Of a stretch of 64,000 nt of DNA, positions 12,926 through 23,788 are shown piece by piece. The notes beneath the pieces were generated by a model. It did no database searches. It saw nothing but the letters and a program-made list of their open reading frames with translations, and was not told where the DNA came from. This DNA comes from Mytilus edulis. Lineage: Eukaryota. The position numbers were made by a program, and so were the translations under genes. The stretch lies in contig NC_092350.1 in assembly GCF_963676685.1 (NCBI RefSeq), positions 3,658,001 through 3,722,000 on the forward strand. Direction: 5' to 3'. Within the stretch, counting starts at the first letter, position 1, and the number at the start of each line of letters is the position of its first letter.

Positions 12926-13313
12926 TTAACATGAATTAGCCTCTCTTAAACGTTCAATTTCCCTAATCACTGAATATACTGTTTCAAAGTCCTGTTCATT
13001 GTAAATTATATCATCAATATCCCTGATAAACGACATAGATAATGAATACCTTGTCGATGAAGCATGATTGCAGGAAAAGTTCGTGTTCATAGCTAAATTC
13101 TCGAGGTAAATGAAGTGGATTAATGGGTCCGTCTATTTTATGAAAAGCCGATGCAGTGAACGTTCTTCAATTTTTTTCTCGTTACCTAATTTCTGTAACA
13201 CTCGCACATATTGCCGGAGTCTACGGCGTCCTTATCATAAAGAAGAACTTTTCCCATTACAGTTTGATAGAACAATTCAACTCGCCTTGTACCACCACGT
13301 TAGTTAGTTGCAT
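12926..13313 (-). pseudogene. TATA-box-binding-protein-like gene, frameshifted and internally deleted
   Basis: Hand translation across frames: MQLTNVVVQGELNCSI / NCNGKSSSL**GRRRLRQYVRVLQKLG / ASAFHKIDGPINPLHLPREFSYEHELF / PAIMLHRQGIHYLCRLSGILMI / QDFETVYSVIREIERL. These blocks are collinear with the TBP core [77 protein letters not shown]. Confidence 0.85.
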
Positions 13314-14209
13314 CTTAAATGGTCTCTTGTTTACTTATTCGATGTGTTCGTGAAGAAACTCTAAACAAGAATGAATGAACCAACCCGTTTCGTATCTTTA
13401 TATAGAAAAGGTCAAGGGTATCATTGGATAGTTTCTGGGAAAGAGTCACTATAAACTAATGACATTGACTTTCAACACCCTAAAAACAATGATTCGAAAA
13501 GGTATGCACTAGAAACATTTGAATGGCTAGAAAAAGTAATATCAATAATAGAGACCAAGACGTTTTTCTCTGATGTATTGAATTTTACGTCATTTAAAAC
13601 TGTAATGAATATAAATTATGTAGCCCTAAAAAACAAATGTATAAAACTACAGCTCAAGGAAAATGCACGGGATTCATTTTTCTTTCTCGTACAGGGTATT
13701 TCTCATTGAAAATTAAACACCCTTCAAATTCACCAATTTGGAATCATTTTCCAGTGTGCTACACATTTGGATTTATCTAATTTATGATTCACATGACTAA
13801 ATATACATGTCTGTGATGATGGTCTACTTATTCTTTACTAAGCTCCTCTCCTCCTTCGCAGGCTTGAGACTGTCTAACATAAAGATATTAGGTGGAGTTA
13901 GAGCTTGAAATTGAGGTCAAGGTCATAGGTTAATTTGACGTTCTATATTTTGACCGTTGCTTTAAATTTATATCTTTACACCATAAAGCCATATGAACTG
14001 ACATTTTATACGGATTTTTAATATCTTAATATCAAAATAGATATTAACTGGTGGTAAGACCTTCAATTGTTCTCTGAACAATTGGTTTTTAATTTCTTTT
14101 TTTATTTCTTTTTATTTCTTCTTTTTTTTCCCTTCTTTTTTCTTCTTTTATAAGCCTGTTTTTTCCTTTTTTCTCTTCTTTTATGATTCTTTTTCTTTTG
14201 TTTTTTTTT

Positions 14210-17200
14210 CTCAATTTGTAGTGTATGCTTGCTTGACCAGAGGTAATCAGATAATTAATCCAGTGATAAGCCATCATATAGTGATCTCTACATGTACATT
14301 CAGGACTAAAGTTTTTCTCCCTCCTCCGTCTACTAAAAGGACCAACAGGCATTGGTTTTCCAATGGCTTCTAAATACTAGACATTTGCATCCAATCCAAT
14401 CACTTTTTGACAGATCTGGTCTCCCCAACGAATACGTGTTTCACCGGCCTTGTGATATTGAGTAAAAATGATGCTCGACCCGCCAATGATATTGTCTTTA
14501 AAAACTTTAAGATCTTTGTTTTGCCTATCAAATAAGGCAAAATTGGCTCCCACTTTCTTAGCTTGAAAGAGCATGCGTCTGGCGATTCCAGGGACGCATA
14601 TAACAATCTGAAAATGTCTATGTTTTTCTTGAAATAGAATGTTTGAAGACGTTCTACTGCCGTTACGAAGGATCCGACGTCACGATTGTTGTACCATACT
14701 AAAAAAATCTTCGAATGTTGACATATTATTCTTTCGCCAAACGTTGACACACAATTGGTAATCTTCAGGTGAAATGTTAGATTGTTTCAGGGAACTGTAA
14801 AAAGTTTCATGCGGTGGTAATTCGAGATGATATAATTTTTCGGGGTCATCAAACCATTCATATTGGAAAAATCCTTTTTGCTCCTCCACCTGGTATGCTT
14901 TTAAGAATTCAGCGTATGATGTTCCTGGTGCTAAAAATTGCACCACGTCCAGAAATTTGTAATATTTGAAGGATAACAGGCATACGTGCTGTTGTTTTTT
15001 ACCGACAAACGGACGATCTTCTTCCACGTGCGTATCTAGAAACATAGCGAGTTTTTGTTTGATGAGATTTATGTCGTATTTACCCGAATTAAATCCAAAT
15101 ACTGGAATCTGCGTCATATATTCCTCTAACTGTCCATATAGGGATTTCAATTAATTTTCCATGATTTTTTCTCCATTGAGAATGCTTTGATCGCCCTCTG
15201 GTGGTTGATTGTCTTCATCGTCTTTATCAATGCATGCATCTTCGTCCTGGTTAAAATCCCCTTCTTCACTCCAGCGCTGTATGGTTTTATTCAGTTCCTG
15301 TTTGACCCAACCCCATTTGATTTGAGACAGTTCAATAACATTTTCATACATTTCAAACATGGCATTAAACATGGAGTTTTAACGTAACGAGGTTTGAGTC
15401 AACGAAACACATCGGATCGGTATGAACTGGTACGTTGCTGCAGAGAGAGACGGTTATTGGTACTTGTTTAGTCGTATACTGTAGTTTGCCGGAAGTCGTA
15501 TCGTGTAGTTTTTGTAGTATATCCTCGAAATCAAAGACAATGAACCACGGAAATATTTGATCTTTCGCGGGAACCTGAATGTCACATTCTTCCAATTTGT
15601 CGAAAATGGTTTGTTGGGCTTTACAAAATTCACCAGGGTAAATATACTTCCTTTGGCTGGTATACATGTGCTGATGTCATTGAAGATGACCGTGATGATT
15701 AAAGTGACGTTCACATGTTTGGCATTGATATTTTTTAGCGTAATTCTTAAACTCTTTAATGTACGAGAGGCGATGTTCGTACATAATAAATACATTGTCT
15801 CTTTAAAACGACAGAGAGACTTGTACACACAAAAAGCCGTATCGTCTTCCTTCAATTCATAGACGTTTATATTCAATTGAAAACAGGATTAAAATTCTGG
15901 AATTTCTTTTAACTGTAATCCGGGAAACAGCTTTGCTTCGTATGTACTTTCATTTCGTCGTTTCTGATAGCCATTCCATTGTTGAAAAAAATGCTGCAGA
16001 CTACGTTCTAAGTTAGTGATGGGTGGTCCTCTGTGTAACGCCAAGCACAGGAAATCATAGAGTTTATCCATAAATGGCTTAGCATTTTTATTGTCTTTTA
16101 CGAGAGCGTGTATGCTTGTCTTATCTTTAATGTAGTCTCGCAGAGCCGTTTCTCCTTTTCCTAGCGTATACTGTGTAGTGTCGATTACAAATAGCTCATT
16201 GGTCACTAGGAAAAGTTTCCATTTGGTGTCGGTCTTTGTTTCATCAGGTATTCCCGCAGATTTAAGTCCGTGAGTTTCCACCGTAGTTTCTAGAGATCAC
16301 TTCTCTTTGAAATAAACAGGGGTTCATGAAAAAACGGAATCGTTTGCGTAAAGTTTGAAAAACCTGTATCGTTTTTCTTCTATGTGAATTAGAATGACGC
16401 CAAAAGTCATGGTAAGCTTGAAGGCGTGTTGTTGACGCTTGTATATATTCTCGGCAGCTAGCATGAGTTGGTGCATGTCGACGTCATATTTTAGTGGTAT
16501 GTTACATACGGAATGAATGGGACCTTCTCGATGATTTTCAAGATAAAAGGAGCGTTGGCCTCGTACATTTCTTTTAAAGCCAGGTCGTTTTAGCCTCCTT
16601 CTATCTCCCAAGGATATGGACCCTGTCCATAAGGGGACACTTGCAATTGTGTCACTGGCCGACCTGATAGTGTCGTTGCATATCGCGAAGGTATAAGTCC
16701 AGTTTGTTGGTGAAAGACTCATTACATAGTTGACAATAAACACGCTGAACGACTGTCTTCGAGGGATTGGTGCGTGGTTTCTTGATGGCTGGTACCTCTA
16801 TAGATACTTGTGCCGGTCTTTTTAGTGATTGTCTGTTAGGACTGTGACTGTATTGTTGATGTTTTCGTAATCCGTTAGCCGTCACACAACGCTTGGCACT
16901 AATCATACATTCGTATTTCGGCAACACAGTGGGGCTACCTGAGCACTGATTTTCGTGTTTGCGTTTTTCATAGCTCTGAAGTAACATTTTATGACAATTT
17001 GTATATGGATACCGTATACCTTGATGTTTGGTTTGTTTAAGAGCTAAAAGTTTTGCTGGTCGGTTGTAGTTTTTGTCGCATAGACCGCATGTTAAACGAA
17101 GTCGTTCAGATATTAAGGGATGGGACGACAGATGGTGTTGTTTGGCCCATACACGTATTTGCGATGGCAAATGTAACGTCTCCAATTCTCTTCTGATAAA

Positions 17201-17251
17201 ATCGTCTTCAGCATAGTATATATCTGTTTCCATGTTCCACAATTGTTTCAT
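14210..17251 (-). pseudogene. Protein-primed family B DNA polymerase with N-terminal C2H2-like zinc fingers, fragmented and 3'-truncated
   Basis: ExoI (WFIVFDFE), ExoII (PVFGFNSGKYDINLIK), KFLD..FLAPGTSY..KGFF.YEWFD, ExoIII (YNNRDV), GGSSIIF, motif A (KVIGLDAN..MPVG). About four degenerate CxxC..H fingers lie in 16652-17251. Confidence 0.9.
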
Positions 17252-17504
17252 GCTGAATTAAATGCAGAACATAATTAATCCCGCAAACGTTAATTCTATC
17301 GAAAAACATCCTGCGTGACTGGTAATTGTTTTAGATTTTCTATAGTCAAGTATTAATTTAAAGCTTTCTGATTGGCTCTTTTATGGATTGAATGAAAGAT
17401 AAGCTATAATTCAACACACTCTATATCAATTTAGATTCATCAAACACCTTCCCCGTGCATTTTTGAAGATATAAATCAATTAAAATGAACGACATCGGGC
17501 TTGT

Positions 17505-19250
17505 CAAATATATATATATAAAAGTCTATAAAAAACGACCAACCAGCAAATTTACTATGAACCGGATCGTCTAGAATAGGCGATACTATGCAGATAAGGA
17601 AAAAATTATATCAGTCTAAAGATTTGCACAACGGTACTGATATAAGATGTTATAATACGAAAATGTTGTTATTAAATCGTGCTGACAAATATTTCGGCTC
17701 AACAAATGGCCTTCTTCAAGTGTCACAAGTTTTAACAATACTCATATATATATAGAGTCTATAAGAATCTACCAACCAGTAAACTTAATAGGTATTGGAT
17801 CATCAAAATTGACAATACTACACAAACAGGAAAAAATTATATGAGTCTGAAAGATTGTGTAACAATACCGATAAATAGATGGAAAACAAAACACTAAAAA
17901 GTGTTGAATATCATTGCACAAAGATAAAAAAAACTGAACAGATGATATAAATTATACAATAATTGCAAATATTTCGGCTCAACAAATGGCCTTCTTCGGT
18001 GCCAAACGTTTTAACAATAATGATATATAATGTATAAGGTGTAAACATAGATCACTAATAATACAGGTAAGTTTTGGTCGATTGATTTTAACCCAAAATC
18101 CTGAATATAATAATATAAACAATAGACTGTAAATTTAATTATTTCTTTCTATTGATTCCATCTGGATGGAGGACACCCAGTGTTTTTATCCAAAACTTCT
18201 CCCGATTTTCTCTTTGCCTATTTTGCCATGTACAATCCTGTTCGTTCACAAGGATCTTCATGTGATCAAAATCTTTCAGATTGTGATCTGGTAACCTGAA
18301 ATGTTGGCTGACAGGAATATACGGTTTTTTTGTGAGGTCACTCCTGTGGCCATTGAGGCGTTTGTGAAATGGCTGCATAGATTCACCAACATATTGGAGA
18401 CCACATCTAGGACACTCAAGAACGTAAATCACGTTTGAGCTTTTGCAGTTGACATTGCAGAAGATCTTGTATGTCTTTTCTGTGGTCTTACTGTGAAATG
18501 TTGATGAATGCTGCATTTGGTTGCAACATTTGCAGCGCTTATCCCCACAATGCTGACAATTACCTACAGTATGGTTAGGTTTGGAAAGGTCAGCACGGAC
18601 AAGTATATTTCTCAGGCTGTTGGGTTGTTTGAAGGCAATCATGGGAGGCTCAGGAAAGATTTTGGATAACTTCGAATGTTTCTCGATTGCTGTCCAATGA
18701 TTACGAATGGTCTTGAAACTATTTCTCAGGCATGGATGGTAGGTGAGCACACATGGGATTCTTTTACTTTTCTGTTTATCTTTGTAAGTTAGCAGACTGC
18801 TTCACGGGATGGATTCCGCTTTTCGAAAACTAATTTTGATGTTTTTGTGTTTATATACCCTTCTTTTCAAATGTCCTTTGAGCTGCCCCAGACGTTGTTT
18901 TGCAGTGTCTTCAGAGGAGCAGATTCGCCTTATTCTGAGAGCTTGGCTGTATGGAATACTCTTCGTGCAGTGTGGAGGATGGCAACTTTCAGGCGACAAG
19001 TATTGATGAATATCTGTAGGTTTAGAGTATATATCTGTGTTTATTATACCTACAGAGAGGGTGCTAGATGTATCCAGGAAGTTTATGGTGGAATAAGAAT
19101 TATACATCTAGCCCGAAATATTTGCAATTATTGTATAATTTATATCATCTGCAGCTGTTCAGTGTTTTTTTTATCTTTGTGCAATGATATTCAACACTTT
19201 TTTGTGTTTTGTTTTCCATCTATTTATCGGTATTGTTACACAATCTTTCA
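17505..19250 (-). mobile_element. Penelope-like element, 5'-truncated, C-terminal GIY-YIG, tandem 3' repeats and inverted 5' pLTR
   Basis: RT thumb ([36 protein letters not shown], 18790-19095) and GIY-YIG (VIYVLECPRCGLQYVGES, 18139-18750). 19112-19250 is the reverse complement of ~17848-17977. It ends in (TA)n at ~17509. Degenerate hammerhead-like motifs at ~17683-17726 and ~17963-18003. Confidence 0.92.
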
Positions 19251-19901
19251 GTCACAGAAAATAATTATATTTATAAGTACGTCTGAGTCAGTGACAACTG
19301 TGTGGTCGTGTGGTGGTCGTTTGGTCTAGCGGGACGGCTGCAGTGCAGGCGATTTGGTGTCACGATATCACAGTAGCATGGGTTCGAATCCCGGCGAGGG
19401 AAGAACCAAAAATTTGCGAAAGCAAATTTACAGATCTAACATTGTTGGGTTGATGTTTAGACGAGTTGTATATACATTATGTACACAGCCATGTATCACC
19501 ATCATTGATGGCGATCCGATGGATACATCTGTTGTAGAGTTGTCACTGACTCAGACGTACTTATAAATATAATTATTTTCTGTGACTGTATATTACATTA
19601 ATTTGTAGGATCCTTTACTATAGATAATTTAGCTGATCTGTAACATCTTCATGCCTTATATATCATGTACTGTAGTACGCCGCTAGATTAAAACTGACGA
19701 GGAAAGGTAACACACGGCCAGCGAAAGCTCTTTTTTTGAGAGCCCAGGTGGTCGTGTGGTCTAGCGGGACGGCTGCAGTGCAGGCGATTTGGTGTCACGA
19801 TATCACAGTAGCATGGGTTCGAATCCCGGCGAGGGAAGAACCAAAAATTTGCGAAAGCAAATTTACAGATCTAACATTGTTGGGTTGATGTTTAGACGAG
19901 T

Positions 19902-19931
<30 letters not shown>
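19249..19931 (+). mobile_element. Non-autonomous element with tRNA-like Pol III boxes, arranged as inverted fragment + ~1.4 tandem units + (TA)n
   Basis: Direct repeat 19312-19473 / 19747-19908 with A-box-like TGGTCGTGTGG and B-box GGTTCGAATCC; 51-bp inverted repeat 19249-19299 / 19538-19588. Confidence 0.75.
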
Positions 19932-19932
<1 letters not shown>

Positions 19933-20016
19933 CAAAAGTAAATAAACACGGTGTACAGAATGTATATAATAATATTTTTAAATTTGCAAACTACATTTCA
20001 CATCAAATAATAACAG

Positions 20017-20081
20017 TTCGTTAAAATATTGTCACTAGCGCTTTCATGCCTTCTGGCAATCTTCAGGCGACGTTTTAACAA
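20017..20081 (-). ncRNA. Minimal type I hammerhead ribozyme in the 3' pLTR
   Basis: Reverse complement of the motif at 22346-22410. Confidence 0.8.
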
Positions 20082-20154
20082 TGTCCTTGACGACACTGCC
20101 GTTGGTAACGTTTATTACGTTCAATAACGATAAGGGGAGATAAATCAAACGTGT

Positions 20155-21987
20155 TTAAGTAGATCCGTTTAATTTTGGCTGAAAGTCCTTTATAAAGTGT
20201 GCTTCCTTTGCCAGTCTTTTATATTTGTTCGATTCGTTCATTTTATAGAACGGATATACGGTAAATTTTCCACTACTGCACGTTTCGAAATGTTCGCTCA
20301 CATCTTGCATTCGAGTGGATGGATCTCGTATCTGTTGTCTGTGAACACGAACTCTTTGACAAATTGAGTTACCAGTCTGTCCGATGTACCATTCCTTGCA
20401 AGTGCTGCATACAATACAGTAAATAAGGTTTACCGTTTTGCAATTCATGTCTGCATTTGGAATAATGGTTTGGCCGTTTTTCAATGTTATTTGCGGGCCG
20501 GTTGCCATGTATTCACAAAGACCACATCTAGGGTCATTACATTTTGAAACGTTGTATTGTATTCCATTTGGGTCATAAAACTTAGCCCTTGTTAAAATCT
20601 TTTTAAGATTTAAAGGCTGTCTTTTACTTTTCAGGAATTTTTCTGTAGGGAAAAGCTTTTTTAATTTTTTCGTTTTTTGTAAAACTGGCAAATTTGCTTT
20701 TATGACGTTGAATATGTCAGGATTGTACGGGTTATGAGTGCTAACAAACGGGATAAGTTCTGTATTACTCTCTTTGCGTGCTGTGGACCTGAGTTCCGTC
20801 ATTGGTATAGCTTTTGCCTTTTCTATTCCCTTTTCTATTAGTGGGTTTGGATAGTTTTGTTCTTTCAAAAACACCTTCAGTTCATTCAAACGTAATTCCT
20901 TCGTAAAATCATCACTCACAATTGTACATACACGTCGTGCTAGACAAAACGGGATGTTTCTTTTCGTATGTGAAGGATGGCATGAATGAAAATTCAGGTA
21001 TTGGTGGGTGTCCGTCTTCTTATAATATATATCTGTGGTTAAGGTTGTTCCATTCTTTAATATTAAAATATCTAGAAATGGCAGTCTTTGTTCGCTAGAT
21101 TCGATGGTAAATTTAATCGAAGGATGTAATGTGTTTATCAGACTATGAAACTTCTCTAAATTGTGACTTTTGTTTAAAATGATAAAACAGTCGTCTAAGA
21201 ATCGCTTCCATTCCGATTTTACGTACACTTTAAAAGCTGTATCAAATTCACTTTCAACTTGTTGATACATTTTATCCTCCAGAAATCCCATCACGAGAGT
21301 TGCGTATGTGGGAGCAACTTTTGTTCCCATAGCTGTACCAGAGATCTGTAGATAATATTTTCCATCAAAGAAAAAGGTGTTATTATCTAGTATGATTTTC
21401 AATCCCTCCAACAAAAAATTATTCGAAAATCTTTGGTCGATAATGTGCCTATATGACTCTAGCCAAAATTTTACAGCATCTAATCCTAGTTTGTGTGGTA
21501 TATTGGTGTAAAGACTTGTTACGTCGAAGCTTACCAATATTGCATCTTCTTTGACTTCGGCTGGTAAATGATTTAAAAAATCAAAATTATCACGGATAAA
21601 ACTAGGTACATATTGGCATAAAGGTTTCAAAATTAGGTCAATGAAATGGCTCAATCTATGAGTTGGACACTGCGGTCCAGCAACAATAGGCCGAAATTTT
21701 AAATCTTTTGGTGAATTTATTTCGATATATGCGCAATTTTGTTGTTGAACTGCTGTTTCTACTTCCTTACTTTTGTGGATTTTAGGTAGTCCATAAAAGT
21801 TGCTTGTCTTTACCTCAAATTTTGTAAGATAGTCAACTTCCTTTTCAGTAGTACAATGAGGAAATTTTGAAATAAGTTTGTTTATATTTCTCTTAGTTTT
21901 CTTTTCCATATTGTCGTTGAGTTCCCGATAATATTGTTTATCATTGAGCTGTTCCTGAATTTTGTCTCGGTAATATATTCTGTCCAT
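20155..21987 (-). CDS. Penelope RT + GIY-YIG endonuclease (open frame continues upstream through KEADKGG to the truncation at ~22278)
   Basis: FYGLPKIHK, RPIV, FDVTSLYTNIP, GTAMG, RFLDD, LPFLD, NLIYCIVCSTCKEWYIGQT. Confidence 0.93.
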   Translation of the reverse strand: MDRIYYRDKIQEQLNDKQYYRELNDNMEKKTKRNINKLISKFPHCTTEKEVDYLTKFEVKTSNFYGLPKIHKSKEVETAVQQQNCAYIEINSPKDLKFRPIVAGPQCPTHRLSHFIDLILKPLCQYVPSFIRDNFDFLNHLPAEVKEDAILVSFDVTSLYTNIPHKLGLDAVKFWLESYRHIIDQRFSNNFLLEGLKIILDNNTFFFDGKYYLQISGTAMGTKVAPTYATLVMGFLEDKMYQQVESEFDTAFKVYVKSEWKRFLDDCFIILNKSHNLEKFHSLINTLHPSIKFTIESSEQRLPFLDILILKNGTTLTTDIYYKKTDTHQYLNFHSCHPSHTKRNIPFCLARRVCTIVSDDFTKELRLNELKVFLKEQNYPNPLIEKGIEKAKAIPMTELRSTARKESNTELIPFVSTHNPYNPDIFNVIKANLPVLQKTKKLKKLFPTEKFLKSKRQPLNLKKILTRAKFYDPNGIQYNVSKCNDPRCGLCEYMATGPQITLKNGQTIIPNADMNCKTVNLIYCIVCSTCKEWYIGQTGNSICQRVRVHRQQIRDPSTRMQDVSEHFETCSSGKFTVYPFYKMNESNKYKRLAKEAHFIKDFQPKLNGST

Positions 21988-22345
21988 TATTACTAATGCA
22001 CCACCCTTGTCAGCTTCTTTTATAATTATCGATTCATCTTTTTGTAATCTGTATAAAGCTTGCGGTTGTTTAAATGGTAAATTATTTTTTACTTTGTCCT
22101 GTGGCTTCGGTATTAATGGAAAGTTTGACAGATGATTAATGTATAAGTCTAAATCTTTATTTTTTCCTTTTTCCGGTGTAAATGTAGATTTATTTCTTAC
22201 AATTGATTCGTCAGCTGTCTTTGATTCTTTATCCCCAAAATGATTTTTTAGTCTTAATTTTCGGCAAAATTCTTTGATTTATCACAGACTGATTATCGTT
22301 ATTGTAACGTAATAAACGTTACCAACGGCAGTGTCGTCAAGGACA

Positions 22346-22410
22346 TTGTTAAAACGTCGCCTGAAGATTGCCAGAAGGCATGAAAGCGCTAGTGACAATA
22401 TTTTAACGAA
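22346..22410 (+). ncRNA. Minimal type I hammerhead ribozyme in the inverted pLTR
   Basis: tgttaaaac-gtcgc-CTGAAGA-ttgcc agaa ggcat-GAAA-gcgc-TA-gtgac-aata-ttttaacg; palindromic stem III (AGCGCT) and extended stem I. Confidence 0.82.
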
Positions 22411-23788
22411 CTGTTATTATTTGATGTGAAATGTAGTTTGCAAATTTAAAAATATTATTATATATATATATATACATATATGATAAATAAGATACACGTC
22501 GTATTTCACTGATAAGTACATAAATGTAAAGATAAACCCGAACATATAATTGATACAAAGTATGTAATGCCGGAGAACAATATTGATAGCGCCAGGTGGG
22601 GATACACACATCCTTTTTTTATTCATATTACTATTATGTATCTTTTTTATCCTTTCATACAAAGTTTGTTACCTTTAACATGTTTAACAAATTTTCAGTC
22701 ATTTGTTTCCCCTACCCCCTTCCCATGAAATATATAGAAACTAATTCTCTTTAGTGCCTTTCTAACGCATTTTTCTTTCACATCGACGCGTTTGGGTCAA
22801 GTATTAATCTCTTGTGACTATTAAAATATCATTTGAAAGAAAGCGTATAAAGATACTAATTTTTAATCACCAGATATGCTTTATCTCTTAATCTAATTAT
22901 TAGAGGTGTTATTTTAATCAGGACTATATGATATTAATAAAGTGGCTCAGTAAGTCGAAAAGCAATACTACTGAATGTTTCACAATTGTCATGTTAATAA
23001 GAAATCCAAAAAATAAAAATGAAAAGATAAATATTTTATTTACTGATATCAAACATTTTAATCCAATTATCTTAACACGTGCATCTATTCATAGTACCGC
23101 CTACTGGATTGAGTGACATTTTATCTGATTATATAATTACTGATTAATATAAATAGTATATCTTGGAGAATTCTTACAGTTGTTATAAGCATGTATAGGC
23201 AGTTACTTATTTAAGAGGTAGAGTACTCTTTTCAGAATTATCACAGACTGATTATCTAGGGGTTTGGAACTTTATTGGACAAGTACCACTTTGTAAGGAT
23301 TTCAACAATAAGACTCTTAGTTGAGTGAAAAAGATTTCATAAAACGTTTATATGGACGAACGGACGGACAGACTTCCAACCACTAAATACGAGCTAAAAA
23401 GGCCCAATAAATTTTAAATGCTACACGATACGGTTTATCCGCGCTCTAATTTCCTTTCCTATCGACTAAATTATAATAGTCTCTTTTTTTAATTGATCAT
23501 TGTTAATGGGCAGGGATAATTTATTCACTTAAACAAATAATCTTTTAACTTTTCAAGAGGAATTAAAAAGCTGATCCGAAAACAATTTCTTTTACCAGAG
23601 GAATTGATACGAAGTGAAATCTTTCCAAATAAGTTACAGAAAGCACATAGAGGGAACAAAGTTCAAACGTTTCTTATAAAACCATTACATCTCCTATTTC
23701 AATCTCATTGAAGTTATATGTAATTGAAACAACATTATCGTATAAATGATACACAAACATGATATGGTTAACGTGACAGTTAAAGTTT

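Larger units (their letters stand above)
11455..17400 (-). mobile_element. Decayed Polinton/Maverick (polintovirus-like endogenous element); no TIRs, major capsid protein, ATPase or protease recognised
   Basis: Co-oriented pPolB, TBP-like, c-integrase+chromodomain and penton-like fragments, with many frameshifts and stops. Boundaries are approximate. Confidence 0.9.
19950..22470 (-). mobile_element. Penelope-like element with inverted pLTRs, 5'-truncated
   Basis: ~19966-20132 is the reverse complement of ~22293-22460; (TA)n on both sides; long RT+GIY-YIG frame inside. Confidence 0.95.

Noticed and set aside
19693-19746. Hammerhead-like CTGACGA...GAAA motif
   Set aside because: Stem II pairs poorly and there is no NUH triplet after the putative stem III.
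19742-19842. tRNA gene
   Set aside because: A and B boxes are present, but I could not fold a proper acceptor and anticodon stem, and the segment is part of a repeated element.
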